DNA of 64,000 nt, taken from Balanoglossus misakiensis. Taxonomy: Eukaryota; Animalia; Hemichordata. Under the pieces are notes generated by a model that was not told the DNA's origin, ran no database searches, and worked only from the letters and a program-made list of their open reading frames with translations. The stretch covers positions 1,594,831 to 1,658,830 of the forward strand of contig CM082578.2 of assembly GCA_040954595.2 (NCBI GenBank), written 5' to 3'. Both the position numbers and the translations under genes were made by a program. Below are positions 40,053 through 53,727 of this stretch, one piece after another (position 1 is the first letter of the stretch; each line of letters opens with the position of its first letter).

Positions 40053-40492
40053 TCTACCAAAGGATGATGGGTGGGAGTGTATGAGCATTCAGGAGAATGG
40101 TGGGCTGGGGTGCTGGTGTATGGGGTTGGGCCAGAAGGGTATGTTTGTGTGGCAGGTGGTGTTTGATATATAAATGGTTCGAATCTTGGCAAATTAAATT
40201 CTCCCAAACACATTTTAGTAATTATTTCTGATATCTTCAATTTTGCCACAGCTTTGGCTTTTACGTTTTCACAAGCTGCGAGCTCTCCAGCAACATAGTT
40301 GCCGAAAGCTTCATCCGAAGATGAAGAACGTGTTGTTTCGTTTTTGTTTGCTATTTTATTGCATGCCGCAGCCATGCTAGATAACATAAAGCTTGTTTCA
40401 TCTTGTTTCCTTTTGCGAGATGGTCTAGGTTCAACATGTTGAACAACTTCGTCATGGTCCTCTGAAATAGAATCCTCCGAATCTTGGGAACA
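40052..40492 (-). pseudogene. Last exon of Harbinger ORF2 (MADF/Myb-type accessory protein C-terminus), nested antisense in transposase intron 3
   Basis: Acceptor gttttttcAG at 40494-40493; RPSRKRK and DEAFGNYVAGEL..KAKAVAKLKISEII (BESS-like motif); 3' end disrupted by the HINE. Confidence 0.7.
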
Positions 40493-41737
40493 CTGAAAAA
40501 ACAAAATACATTTGTAACATTTTCTGGTTCAGGGACATTTTCATTCAAAATCAGCTAATTCAGTTAGTTTACCATCACTTTAAAAAATGTTATTTAAAAA
40601 ACCAAGGAACTGAATATGCTGTCAGAGGACTGTAATGTAACATGACTTTATTATGCATCCCATGTTTGTTTCAGACTCCAAGTACAACAGAAGATTGGGC
40701 CAAAATTGCAAAGGACTTTGAAGACAGATGGAACTTTCCAAATTGCATTGGTGCCCTAGATGGCAAGCATGTTGTAATCAGAAAGCCAGCAAACAGTGGG
40801 AGTATTTACTACAACTACAAACATACTTTCAGTATTGTGCTAATGGGCCTTGTTGATGCCAATTATAAATTTACATATGTAGATGTTGGATGTCAGGGTC
40901 GGATTAGTGATGGGGGTGTGTATAGAGCTTGTTCTTTGTCATCTGCTTTGGAAACAAATGCCCTAAAAGTACCAAAGCCCGCACCACTACCTGGTACAAC
41001 TGAATGCTTGCCATACATGGTAGTGGCTGATGATGCTTTTCCCATAAAAGAGTACCTCATGAAACCATACCCATACCGCCAACTTTCCTTGGAGAAGAGA
41101 TTGTATAATTACAGACTCTCCAGGGCCAGAAGAGTTGTTGAGAATGCTTTTGGTATACTGGCCAGTCGTTTTAGAATATTTCAGACAGCAATCAATCTTC
41201 CCCCAGACACTGTACAAAGTGTTGTTTTAGCCTGCTGTGCTTTGCATAATTATCTGGTGTCCCATTCTACTGCAAACACAGTTTATACACCTCCAGGATC
41301 AACAGACATTGTTGACCCCGTGACACATGACATCCTTGATGGTGCTTGGAGACATGAAAACACTGGTATGGTTTGTCTAGAAAGACATCCACCCACAAGG
41401 GGAACAGAGGGAGCAAATAATGTAAGAAATAGACTGTGTGATTATTTCAGCAATGAAGGGTCTGTTGATTGGCAACTTAGCAAAATTTAAATTTAGAGAT
41501 TTAAAACTAGAGATTTGCCTTTACAATACAACCCTTTTGTATGATCAACAGTGGTATTGTTGATAATTGAATTCAAGTCTGTATTTATTTGTGGTCATTG
41601 CATGATATTATTTATTCTGATGTATATGTATATATTTTATGGATATGCTGTATTATGCTTGCTGTGTTATGCAATAATAATAATAATAATAATTAAAATA
41701 TAGCTGTGAACAGCAATAAGCGGGTTTCGAGACACTG

Positions 41738-42700
41738 CTAGCCCTATTGGTTCGCCTGGAGATAGATATGTGCATATTTAATTAGTCAGGGTGTAGGATG
41801 TGGTAAAGTTGGTCAAACGTCATGTGAGGTCACCCTAAATATGAGCAGAAAATTTGGACACTATATTGGTCCATGTCCAATAAAAACCACACATCTAGCC
41901 CTATTGGTTCGTGTGTACTTAGTTATGCACATAGTTAGGCAGGTGTCACAGGTGGTCCTAAATTTTGGCTAATTATTTTGGTACCATCCTCCCAAACACC
42001 TAAGCTGTACCTGCTGTGGATGCCGAGATATGCGGAAGTAGGTCAAAGGTTACCCAAGGTCACCCGAAATTTGGGGGGAAAATTTGACCCCATACTGGTC
42101 CATGTCCAACAAACACCAGACCTGTAGTCCTGTTAGTTCGCCTGGAATTAGGTATGCACATAATTAATGAGTAAGGCAGGTGTCACAGGTGACCCTAAAT
42201 TTGGGCTTCTTATTTTGGTTCCATCCACCCAAACACCTAAGCTGTACCTGCTCTAGATGCTGAGATATGTGGAAGTAGGTCAAAGGTCACCCAAGGTCAC
42301 CCCAAAATTTGGGCAAAACAATTTGATCCCCTAGTGGTACATATCCAACAAACACAAGACCTGTAGCCCTGTTAGTTTGGCTGGAATTAGGTTTGCACAT
42401 AATTAATGAGTTATGCAGGTGTCACAGGTGACCCTAAATTGTGGCTTCTTATTTTGGTACCATCCTCCCAAACACCTAAGCTGTACCTGCTGTGGATGCC
42501 GAGATATGAGGAAGTAGGTCAAAGGTCACCCGAGGTCACCCCAAATTTGGGGGGAAAATTTGACCCCATAGTGGTACATATCCAACAAACACCAGACCTG
42601 TAGCCCCCTTGGTTCGCCTGGAATGAGGTATGCACATAAGTAATGAGTTAGGCAGGTGTCACAGGTGACCCTTGAATTTGGCTTCTTAATTTGGTCCTAT
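41738..42700. repeat. ~240-bp subterminal tandem array, ~4 copies
   Basis: tagccct..ttggttcg units at 41896, 42125, 42364 and 42601, each with aggtcaaaggtcacc / ggtgaccc motifs. Confidence 0.9.
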
Positions 42701-44931
42701 GCTGCACACTGGCCGAAAGGACTATTGCACCAACCAGAATTCTACAAAACGACGTGGCCATAGCTTAACTGTAGTGGAATACGTATAGGTATAGATTTCA
42801 TAAAAAACTTGATATAAAAAAAACGGTCGATTTTTCATATTATTTTTTCCAGTTGGAACTGATAGTTGGAAGCATTCGTGGGGAAGCACATACTTTGTCA
42901 TTGGGACGTCAGTGGGGGAGGGGGGTGTAATTAGTGTCATAGGCAATAAGTGTGTTGTGCAAGTCATTGCGGAAGCGATTGTGGTGTAGATTTTTAAAGT
43001 TTAGGGAACATTTGTGTTTAGGGGAGTTGGCGCGGGAGTGAACGTTGAGGGCAGGGGTGCGGTTCGCGAGTAGGAAGTTGTTGCTAGAGTTAATGTGTTA
43101 AGTACACTTAAAATGCGGTATACCCGTAATGGTGGAGGTACGACAGAATTGTTGTACGTTCGTGCCTAAATGAAGTATTGGCAGTACATGGGGCTGTTTT
43201 GAAGAGGGTGTTTTTTGTAGTGTTCGTGAAGTGTGAAATCATTGAACAGGGGAAATGATGGGAAATGCGTTGTTGACGGTGGAGTGTATAGAATGATGTA
43301 CTTATAGCAGTAAGCGGCGCATTAAAGGTGTATAGTTATTTAATTAGTTGTTAGACAAACAATGTAATGCGTTTGCTTGAAGCGGTAGGAAAACATACCA
43401 AGGGGGTTATCTAGTGTAAGCATAGAGGGATCATTGTGTGCCGAAAACAGGGTGCGATTGAATGACTGTAGAGTTTGATACGGAGGACGTTGATTAGTAT
43501 CTGACAGAAATGGAACAAGGCACTAGGGATGCGTAGTTGCTAGATAAGAGAGGATGTCGCGTTTTTCTGAGCAATAATTGAATGATTAGGCACCTAAATG
43601 TCTGGAGATCAAATGTACTGTGTTTACTTTTGACGGAAGCAAATGTGGTTTATTGCGAGTGGAACAGCTGCTATTTATTAAGTGATGGTATCGTGGAATA
43701 TTTGTGTAGGAAACGTCGGCGGAACGGGTTGGGCTGGGAGAATAGCAGCAGTCTGTGCGATGTTGGTAGCTAGGTGTAGTTATTGCGCATTTTCGGGAAA
43801 TCATGGGCGGACGGGCTGCTGGCCAAATGTGGGAACTAGCAATAGACAGTTGCCTGGGGGTGATGGTGATATATTCATTGCATTAAAAGTTGAACGTGTG
43901 GGAATACAAGTGAAGAAGGATTGTGAAGTTGATGTTGTAATGTTAGTTGATGTGTACACATATAGAGGGGTGACTTTTTAATAAAGGTATAGAAACGTGA
44001 TACACACTATGAAGGAATTGATGGGAGTGAACAGTGTTGTTCTGTGTATGCGATGTTGGAAAAGGAGTGGAGGGAAAAGAAAAGAGAGCACGGTTGAAGT
44101 TGGTTGGGACATGTGATTTCGTGACGGCAAAGTGAGTAGAGCAAAGAGCGCTGTTGTCGCGAATTTAAATTGAGAAGAAAATAAGTAATGAAATTGTACT
44201 GGAAACATTGATAGGAAATGATGTTGGCAGACATAGTGTGGAGTGTGCAATTGGTAGATGGGAAGTGTGGAATACTGGGAAGGGAAAGTATTGCGATATT
44301 TCGGGTGGAAGTTGTGATTAGTAGGAGAGTGATGCATAATGTGATAGGGGGGATAGCGGACGGTGTGTGTGTTCTCAATATGCGTAAAATAAATGTTGGA
44401 TCGGAATGTTGAGATTTAATCAATGGTAACGATGTGGTCAAGTGGCAAGGAGAGTTGAAATCTGTCAGGGTATTCAATTGGGTATTTTATTGTGTTGTGA
44501 TAGGCGCACTAATGTTTGAAAGGAGTTGTGTATGTGTGTGGGAAGCGGTGGCGGATGATTGCAGCAATGTAGCACGGTGTAGTGTATAAACAAAGATGAT
44601 AAGAGGCGTAATTAGTGGCTGGTGTAGCCAAAGGGATTGAGTATTTGGTGCACGTTTGTCTGGTTGGGAATTGCGCTGAAGTAATGGAAAAGGCAAATAG
44701 TTTATGTTTTGTGGTTGTGTGACTGATCAGGTGATGAGTACTTATTATTGCTATGGAAATTGTGGGGTTTGATGTGAGTTTGTGATATAGGGAAGAGTGG
44801 ATGGGGTGGATTGTTTCCAATGAGGAACTGAAACATTAAACAATATTTTAATTAGTGTGGCCTCAGCCTCGTTGTGAATGAGTTAAGAAAGGGTGTAAAG
44901 AAAGTTTTTGTCAGTGGAAGTTGTAAGAACG

Positions 44932-47900
44932 ATGGAGTGTATTTGCGGGTACATTGTGGGCGTGAGCCCTGTGAAGACATCGGCGAAGAACACGAAATAT
45001 TTTAATGGAGTGATCCAGAGTGATCGCGAAAAATACCAAGATCTGGTGTGTTTCTCACCGGAGAAACATGACGTGTTCCAGTCTGTGATGAAGGGGCGCA
45101 CGGCTGTGAAGCTGGACAGGGTTAGTTTTGTACCAGGCCGAGCTAACGTTGGTGTGAGCGACGTTCAAGTTTCGAGGCGGTCAGTCATAAATGCCTGCAG
45201 CAAAGCCTTGCCATTTTCGATGAAAGTGCGCGATGCGGGAGGATGGAAAATGAGCAATGTTGCCGATGCGATTGGTATGGCACCAGGTTTTGGTCCGGTA
45301 AGTATGCAAATCTTATTTGGAAAGTTTGGCTTACGTAGGCTTGTGTGTGGTGGGTGAAGTCAGTGCAATGATGTGTTAAGTGTAGAGATGTCACGCGAGG
45401 GAAGTTAAGGGGAAGAGTAGTAATGGCTGCGTGTTTTTTGGAAAGGGTAGGTAGTATTTGGGTGGGGATTGAGCAAGTTGAAGACGTGGTCTAGGGGCTG
45501 GGGGGGGGCTGGTGAAAATTATGTGAAATCTGGTAATCGGAACGGGTTGCTGTCATTGTAGGTTAATGGGATCCGTATGTTAAATGGTGTTGTTATGGAG
45601 TTTTGTTTTATGTGGAGAAGTGAGTTTGTGCATAGACAGTACTACTGTGTATGGCTTGATATGTAGAATGTCGAGTGTATAGTGCAATATTGTGATGAAG
45701 TTGTTTTATATATTTTATAAACATTGAAACCCTGCGTAAAGGTCTGTGTATGCGCGGCGTTACACGCGGGGAGCACACAGACGTGTAGGCAGAGCTGCAG
45801 GCATTGGTGGAAGTTTTGGGATCTGATTCGCTTGAGGGTGTATGGTCGAGTTTGTCGGGTATAGTTTTGTGTACAGGTGTGTGTGTTGCTGCGGTTACAC
45901 GGAGGGAACAGGTTGGCAAGGTTGTACATGTATACACAAATGTGGTGCGTGTCACACGTGGCACCGAAGTTGGGCTGGTGTTAAATTGTCTAACGGAGCG
46001 CAACGGTGCACAGGTGTTGATGTCTGGTGTCACTGTTGATTGTGGAGGTCGTCAAGTGGGACAAGAAATGGGAATTAAAGAAATGAAATAATGTGTGATG
46101 GGCAATGTAGGGAAAAGTTGGTGTGTACATGAAGCCCGATTTTCAGTAGAAAGTGTGTAATGTTTGCCGAGGAGCCAATGATGGGGAATTGACGGGACAT
46201 TTGTGTTGTTGGGACCTAATGTTCATTCCGAACTGAACATTGTAACGCGATTGTCGTTCAATGCGCCTATCTGACCGAAAGAAATTTGCAAAAGAAATGG
46301 GTCTGTTTATGGTCTTAAGGGTTAGGGTTTACATGTCCGTGTTTGTTTGTCTGTTTTGTTGTCTTCTGTTTCTGGGTTTTTTCTTCATTGTAACGAAAAA
46401 AAGTGTAAAAGGGGAAGAAAGTGTAAGGTGATAAGGTGAGGCTTACGCGCATACCATCATGGGAATTGTAACTTGAGTAATTGTTCATATGACATCGGGG
46501 AAGGGTTGAGTGGAAATGTGTGGTTAGTGTTGACGATGACTTTCTTGAGAGTACACTGTATTAGCAAAGGAAATTGGGTGTATTTTTTTGGTTCAGAGAT
46601 TTGTTATTGGTGGTGTACATAAGATGATGTATGTAGGAGGAGAGTGTTATCTGTGGAAGGAATGTGTAATTGTTTTATGTTGCATGTTGTTGTATTGTTG
46701 GACTTTTTGTCAAGTTGTTGCAATGGTGTGATAGTAAGGGCGACGTTTTTATTTTCTGTGTTTGTCATCTCCCGACCGACCGTAAATTTCAGCTCCGACA
46801 TGAAAATGAAAAAAACTGTTTTATTTGCGCGGACTCTGAGCCTGAGGCGATCATCCTAGCAACAGCGCCCCCAACGGCTAATTGTGAGATTTTGCAATCA
46901 TGACGTCATATTCATCATGGCGGTCGTGTCGGACGATGGCTGAAGCCATCGTGGCCGCAGCAAAGGGAAGAAATTGTAGAGAATGAAAGGACAGAGCATT
47001 AAAGAGAAAGACAAGAAATTATAGTGATAAAAGGACAGAGAGCACAAAACACTGGACTGAAAGATAAGAAATTGCAATGACTGAACAGGCAGAACATTAA
47101 ACAGAAACAAATAGGCCTACACATCTGTTTGTAATGGATAAAACATGGAACTGAAACAGGTTTTTTTTTTTGGTAAACGTTTTTTTTTATTTCGCCCGCC
47201 CGCCCTGCCTGACTATTCCTCTGGAGATGAGGAACAAATAAAAAAAAAGGGTCACCCTAATGTTTGGTGACAAGATAAATAGTAAATAATATTATATATG
47301 CTTATGTGATGGTGAAGTGGTTGATTGGTTTTGTGCAATATGAGGAGATTTATGTGTGTTGTATTTTCCAGGTTACTATCATGGCCAAGGTGGTACGTGA
47401 GCTTACTGGTGTGAAGCGGCAAAATGTCAGAGGGAGGATGGTGGCGAAACAAGGCGTGCTTGTTGCAGATGGCACAGGTAATAATACAATGTTATTCAGT
47501 AGTAAAGGGACAAAGTCTGTCTCTGCCTGCCCTTCTTCCATTTATTATGTTTGATACAAGACATTGTTTATGTTAATGTACATGTGGATATATAGTGAAG
47601 CAACGTTCAACCACACACACTTTTCATGGCACTTGTAGACAGCAGAGTGGAGAAATTCGCCAAATGAATAATTAGCCTCTACCATTTATTCATTTGGGGT
47701 GAGTTTTTACTGTCATATTATACCAGCGATGTGGAAGTTGTGTGTAGTTGAATGTCTATTCACTAAATATACACGTATACAGTAATGTAAACAGTGTTTG
47801 CGCAAACATAATTAATAGGAAAAAGGCAGTGAGAGAGAAACTTGTTTCCTGTAATAGGCATTGGCACATATTTGGGAAGGTGTCTGCTGTTAGTGTGATT

Positions 47901-50900
47901 TAGAAAGAAAAGTAATGTTGATTTAATGTGATTATGTGTTCTGTGTACATATATAGTCAATGCAATTGATATTGAGGTGGACAATGCAGTTGTGCTGTGA
48001 ATGAAATGTGTGTAATGTGGTGAAGTATTGCATGGCTAGTTATAAGTGCTGAGATTGTGTAGTGGTGATAATAGTTAATACAGTGTTGTTGGAATTCAAT
48101 TATATTCAGTTGGTGAGGTTGTTGACAGATCAATTCAATGTGTGCTAGAGGGAGTGCAATGATGTCATGTATGCATGCACGTCATGTACTGAGTAAGTGG
48201 TATTGTGTGTAGTCAACTGGCAGTATAAGTCAATGTTTACAAGGGTTGAGAGGAGCTTGAATGTGTGTACAGGAAAACATATTTCATATTGTGCGATGAG
48301 GGACATGAAATGAAAGTAGAGTACAGGAATTCATTTATATTAAATTGTCTTATTTGTTGTCTTCTGGTGATAAGTGTAGCTTGGTGTGAAGGCTTTTAGT
48401 GTGGCATATAAGATAGTATTTGTTGTGTGGTGGTTGTGTTATGCCAGGAAGACACTTAGTGTATGCAGAGGCTGGAAGCCCTACAAGTTCACTAGTATGA
48501 ATGCACATTGTGTTAGTGTTAGTGTGGTCTTCTGGCCCTGGTTGTCCACAGGTGCATGGCTGTTTTACGCTAAAAGGGAAGGGTCAAGCACAATCTATTG
48601 TTAACATGGCTGTAATTGGTATACTGTAATTGGAGGCATTTATCTTGCTTGTGATGACGTGGTCTTTGTTCATGATTGTATGTGGGCCAGGTTTAGCTAA
48701 GATGGGCTCGTAATTGACTCCTTTCCCTTGAGTGTAGCACAGCCAGCGGTGGGAATGGGGCAGCGGACCAGAGTATGTTAGTGTGCGAATGTGTCTTGTT
48801 GTTAGCCATGTTTGTGATGGAATGCCCTATAGGACAGTTATGAAGTTTATGATGTGTAGTATATGTGATGAATGAGCAAATCAGAGCTTGGCAGTGTTTT
48901 ATGAGACATATTGGTACTTTGTAGGCTGGTGTGCATATGTAGTTTGTTGTTTTGTATGATATATGAGTTGTTAGCAGGAATTATCAAGTGTGTTGCAATT
49001 GCAGCTGAACATTCATTTGTGTATATACATGTGCATGTGATGAAAGTAAGTTGAGTGTTGCAATTGTATTGTTACGTGGATGCAGAGTGCTGTGTGCAGT
49101 TGTGTGTGTTATAGCCATGTTTGTCGGTGTTTGTGTGTGCAGATGTGTTTGGTTGTGGTTGTGTTTTTGTGTAAGGGGGGGGGGCAAGTATGGGAAACGA
49201 GCAATGGGAAAGTATGGGGGTTATCTTGGATGTCGAGGGGAAGATTTCACTATTAAGTGGTGCACATTGCGGGACATTGGGATTGCAATGTGTTATAGTA
49301 AGAAGGCATTTTTCTGTGGATGTCAGTTACATGTAGGTAAATTTTATTACGGTGGTGGGTAAATGCTGTACTGTATACATGTATTTCAGTTGATCAGTGG
49401 CAGTTGTTAAGGGAGCATTCGTTTTTTACTGGGAGGGGGGGGGGGGCCGGTGGAATTTGAGTCGCCGACTAAATGTAAAAGGCAACCCCCCTCGAAATTA
49501 CTTTTCTAAAATGTGTCCCCCCCTAAATTCTTCAATTGTAAAATGTGACCCCCCCCCCCAAAAAAAAAAAACAAAGTTTATCCACCGGATTAAACTTATC
49601 AAACTTTGTCAGATATTTAGACTGACCATTGTTATTGTTGACATATGATTCTATTCAGAATTACATTCATTCTATCTTGTAAAAATAGAAAAACAGCACT
49701 CCCATGAAAAGAATTTGAAACTGATGTTTCCCCTCATCAGTGGGTATTAAAACTGAACATTGTTTTTATTTTTTAAGTATTTGTATTCTGTGTTGGGAGA
49801 CATTGTAAACCGAGAATTGAAGGGGGTGGGTTTGGAAATTTAGGAAATTTTGTAAAATACAGAGCTCAAAGCTGCATTTTAATGAACCCGGCAAAAGCAA
49901 ATTAACTCAACTACCGGTATGTTGGGGAGGACAAATTTAACCGTCGCCGCTCAAAGTTATCATGGGGTGGGGGCAAGTCCCCTGACCCGGGACACTATAG
50001 ATAAACCAGTCAATGATTGAAAGGTGTTGATGAATGGAGGGGGTGGGTGTGGGAGGGGGTTTCCCCCTCCCACATTAGAAAATTTTGTAAAATAAAGGGT
50101 GCGAAACTGCATTTTTGCGGACTCAAAATAAACATTTAGTCGTCAAAGTTTGCTATAATTCCATACAAATCTGTTGTAAAAATTGTCCCCCCCCACAAAC
50201 CATTGATTATAAAATTTGTCCCCCCCCTAAAAACTGCTTTGTAAAAGTAAACCCCCCCCTGATTTCCACCGGCCCCCCTTTCCCTGTAAAAAACGAATGC
50301 TCCCTAAGATGATGAAAAAGGGGGCATCTCTGTGATCAGTATTGAAAGTGTGAACGAGTGGAGTAATATGTGGAATGTTGTTTGTTCGGGTCAGATTTAG
50401 TAGTTTCATTATCTATTGGCATTTTTTGACTCTTGCAGGTGCTATCGAACTAGCTGTCTGGGGAGATTTGGTAGACCAGATTGAAGTTGGGGCAAACTAC
50501 ACGTTCAATGGTTTAACTGTGAGAAGATTTCGCGTAACAACATTAACAACAACACTGCAGACAGAGATCACTTTAAGTGAAGAGGAGCTGGTGGTAAAGG
50601 AAGAACGAATCGAAAGGGATGAGGAGATGACTAGTTATGATGTAATGGAAGTCCTGCAATGCAGCTGCACTAGCATTAACTCTTGTGGTGCATGTAACCA
50701 GGTGGTTGGAGCAGTGTCCGGAAATGCACGAAACATTAAATGTGCTTCCTGTGGCATGCGTCAAAAGGTAGCCAGAGTTGCGAAAAAGTTCTCTGGCAGA
50801 ATGAATGTAAAGATTGGAAGTGATGTAAAGAGAGTAATGATGTACAATGATGTAATGGTGGCCTTTTTTGAAAAGGAAGGGTTACATTTTGAAGATGTTG

Positions 50901-51031
50901 ACAGTATCGAAGAGTTTTTTCTAGATTGTACTCAGTTGCGTATATCTGTAGTTGGTAACAATGTCACTGATATGTGCCTGAAAAAGAGTGACATTAGTGA
51001 GCTAGGCGTTGGAGATTTGGAACTGGTGTAG
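44932..51031 (+). CDS. RPA70-like OB-fold ssDNA-binding protein, 3 exons (44932-45297, 47372-47477, 50439-51031), ~354 aa
   Basis: In-frame GT-AG joins (phases 0 and 1). OB-like motifs VSPVKTS..KYF, VTIMAKVV, VADGTGAIELAVWGDLV; C-terminal zinc ribbon SCGACNQ..KCASC. No stops after joining. Confidence 0.82.
46738..47257. mobile_element. Harbinger-type MITE in intron 1 of the RPA-like gene, TAA TSD
   Basis: TAA|gggcgacgtttttattt..tcatctcc / ggagatga..aaataaaaaaaaagggtcaccc|TAA. Confidence 0.75.
49411..50304. mobile_element. Harbinger-type MITE in intron 2 of the RPA-like gene, TAA TSD
   Basis: TAA|gggagcattcgttttttac...gtaaaaaacgaatgctccc|TAA; core ~49670-50150 matches the MITEs at 16668 and 21465. 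Confidence 0.9.
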
Positions 51032-51847
51032 GCAGTGTTGTAGTTGTAGTTGTAGTTGTTGACTGTTTGGGTGAATGTAATGCATGCTGCAATGTGTTGT
51101 TGTGGAGAGCACATACAAAGTGGGTTCATGATTATGATAGTTACAGGCCCAAGCATGTTCAGGTGCTTGGGTCTCCTTTTGTTTCTTGGGCATGTGTCTT
51201 CTCTAATGTTGGGCGTTTTTTTGTTCTGCTAGATGTCAAAAACTGCTGAATGGTGGCATGTGTGTAATGTTAAATTTTGTAGATTGTACTGTTAAGATCT
51301 TTGTGCCAAATAGTGAAGCAGTACGCCGTATTGCTTGTTACAAGTTCATGTTTAAACCATAAGTCACGATATTTGTTATGATATTTGGAGTGGGCCATTA
51401 TGGCCTGTACCTGTGTGGGAACGTGGGATTTGTGGAATATGCCCTATAAGTCAAAGTGTGGTCAGGTGAGCAAGTTGAAATGTGGTGTACATGTAACTGA
51501 ACTTGAAGCAGTGTGTATTGTGAGTTATTTGAGTTCTGCCATTAGGCTGTTTTGTTCTGTTGATTTGTATTGTTTTATGGAGTATTAGATAAAGGGACTA
51601 TATAGGTAATGTATGACACAAGTGTTTGGTTTGCATGTGCATTGAGTTGTTTTTTGATAGAATAGTAGTATATTGTAAAGTTTCATTGTGTGATAATAAA
51701 GAAGAGATTGAGTTTGTGGAAAACTAGTGGAATGTGTTCTGTTTTTGGTGTGTTAGTGTGTGTTTTGTAGTAATGTCTGTAGGTTACCTGTTATAGCTGA
51801 AGAGACTGATTGTGACAGTAAGTCATATGTGAAATGATGTAAAACAT

Positions 51848-52177
51848 TAATTATATTATACCAGTGTATTGATGATGTAAATCACGCTATTTTATTGGTC
51901 GAGACACGACATGTGACTGTGATATATTTGTCATATACCAGTCATATATCACGCAAAACTCATAGTCAAGGAAAATGCCTTTTTAAAATGTTTCATGCAA
52001 AGTTTCAATATACTGGTATAATTTAATAGCAATAAAGCACCCCCAGCCATGGTATACCACTTGATTTGGACCAGTTCAACTCCATATACGCACTTGCTAT
52101 CGCTCGTGCGTGTATGTCGTGAACTGGTGAAAATGTCGTGGTATACCATGGCTGGGGGTGTTTTATTGCTTAAATAT
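51848..52177. mobile_element. Double-palindrome non-autonomous element
   Basis: attataccagtgtattga / tcaatatactggtataat, directly followed by agcaataaagcacccccagccatggtataccac / gtggtataccatggctgggggtgttttattgct. Confidence 0.6.
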
Positions 52178-52719
52178 AGTATGATGATTATCACAGTGGT
52201 AACACTGGTAGCGCTGTAACTAATTGTATTGTTAAGGGAAGATGTGATTGGAATGCAAGTGGTGTTTGGAGTGAAGTGAGTGTTTGTGTAGTTCTTGTTT
52301 CTGGCAAGTATCTTACTGGTATTGTTGTGGAAAAGGTGAAGAATGGTGTGCCCTTATGATCTGGAGGTTGACTGCAATGTATCAATGTCAATAGTGCCAG
52401 GTGAGTGCCATTTAGACTGTACCAGTTTGTGGTGGATATGGTAATTAGCTGTAGGTTTCCGGTGGGTGTTAGGGTTATGGTGGTGCTTGAAATGGAGTTA
52501 ACAATTTTGTTTTGTCAGTAAAGTAAAATTTTGATTGACGGTTGAATTAAGTCATAATCCAAATTCTGATGGTATTAAGTTTAATGGGAATGTTTGACAT
52601 CACAGAGTGGAACAGTTAAAGTTCGTTTGCTGTGATCAATGTTTTTTCTTGTAACAGTACAGCAGGTGTGCAAGGTAGAAAGTGTAGTGTGGAGTGTGTC
52701 AAGTCACTGCATGCAGTGT

Positions 52720-53104
52720 TAGTATTGGTTACCTAGACCCCCCCTGCTTCTTCTGCTGGGCACTCTAGAAAGAGGGTCTGGGGAAACCCTATAGAAAACT
52801 GTATGGGCAAAGATGGCCGACTTGAGACAGAAGCGATGCATGATGGTTGACATTTATAATAGTTGATATTATGAAAGGACAATATTAGGAAACTATGAAC
52901 CGAACTTCTCTATGTGTCTTTTTAATTTCTAGACAGTTTTAGCAGGTCTAGCACTTTCAGCATTTTTTCCATGTTTGAGGTTGTAACCATCATGTATCGC
53001 TTTTGTCTGAGGTCGGCCATCTTTGCCCGAAGAGTTTTCTAAGACCCTTTTTTCTAGAGTGTCCTACGGAAGAAGCAGGGAGGTCTGGGTAACCAAGGAG
53101 ACTA
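52720..53104. mobile_element. MITE with ~65-bp TIRs and degenerate 9-10-bp TSD
   Basis: ttggttacctagacccccctgcttcttc..cactctagaaaag / tttttctagagtg..gaagaagcagggaggtctgggtaaccaa; flanks atgcagtgt / atgctgtgt. Confidence 0.7.
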
Positions 53105-53727
53105 AATGCTGTGTTGTACTTGTCCAATCTGGCCTGAAATTTGGGTTGCTTTTGTTGCAAGAGTGAAGCCAAGAATAAAAAGTTACACATGGCAAAATAG
53201 AAATCAAGTGGCCAGTGTGGGGATAATTGAGTTTTAAGGGACTGTTTACTGTGTTCATTTTAGGGCACTCTTGAAGATAGTGTGTACATGTGTGCATGTG
53301 AGTGTGTGTGTGTGGGGGGGGTGGTACGTTTCTGCAAATGGTAATGGAGGGACTGAAATTGGCTTTTGAGTCAACAGTTGCGAGTTGTTTATGTTGGAAC
53401 ATGTTTGTAAGGTGGGAGGGCAATAATGAAATGGCAATGGTAAGAAAATGAAGTGGAAATGGTAAGGAAATGAAGTAATGAAATAAGATGGACATGTAAT
53501 GTAAAGGAAATGAAGTAATGAGATAAAAATGTAAACATAATGTAATAAGAATAGGAACAGAAATGGGAAATAACGTAGAAACAATGGGGACAACATGAAA
53601 TAATGGTGAATTAACATAATTGTTATGGGATTGTAAGTCTGAGGTGTACGTATGTAGTTGTCAATTTGTGACGGCGTTAAGGTGAGTGAGCGCAGTGCCG
53701 TCACGAGAGCCAATGTGCACAAGATCA

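Larger units (their letters stand above)
38143..41490 (+). pseudogene. Harbinger transposase, 4 exons (38143-38234, 38401-38625, 38976-39091, 40675-41490), frameshift in exon 2
   Basis: In-frame GT-AG joins; motifs W.RPWL.RR, ISPGERLAVTLRFLATG, WNFPNCIGALDGKH, YYNYK, GRISDGG, VADDAF, YNYRLSRARRVVENAFG; frame break at ~38563. Confidence 0.9.
37451..41695 (+). mobile_element. Harbinger transposon, left part; right part displaced by the Helentron
   Basis: TAA|aggccgagttacacgaggcaac terminus with ggcaactc subterminal repeats; encodes a transposase and part of ORF2; no right TIR in the window. Confidence 0.8.
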
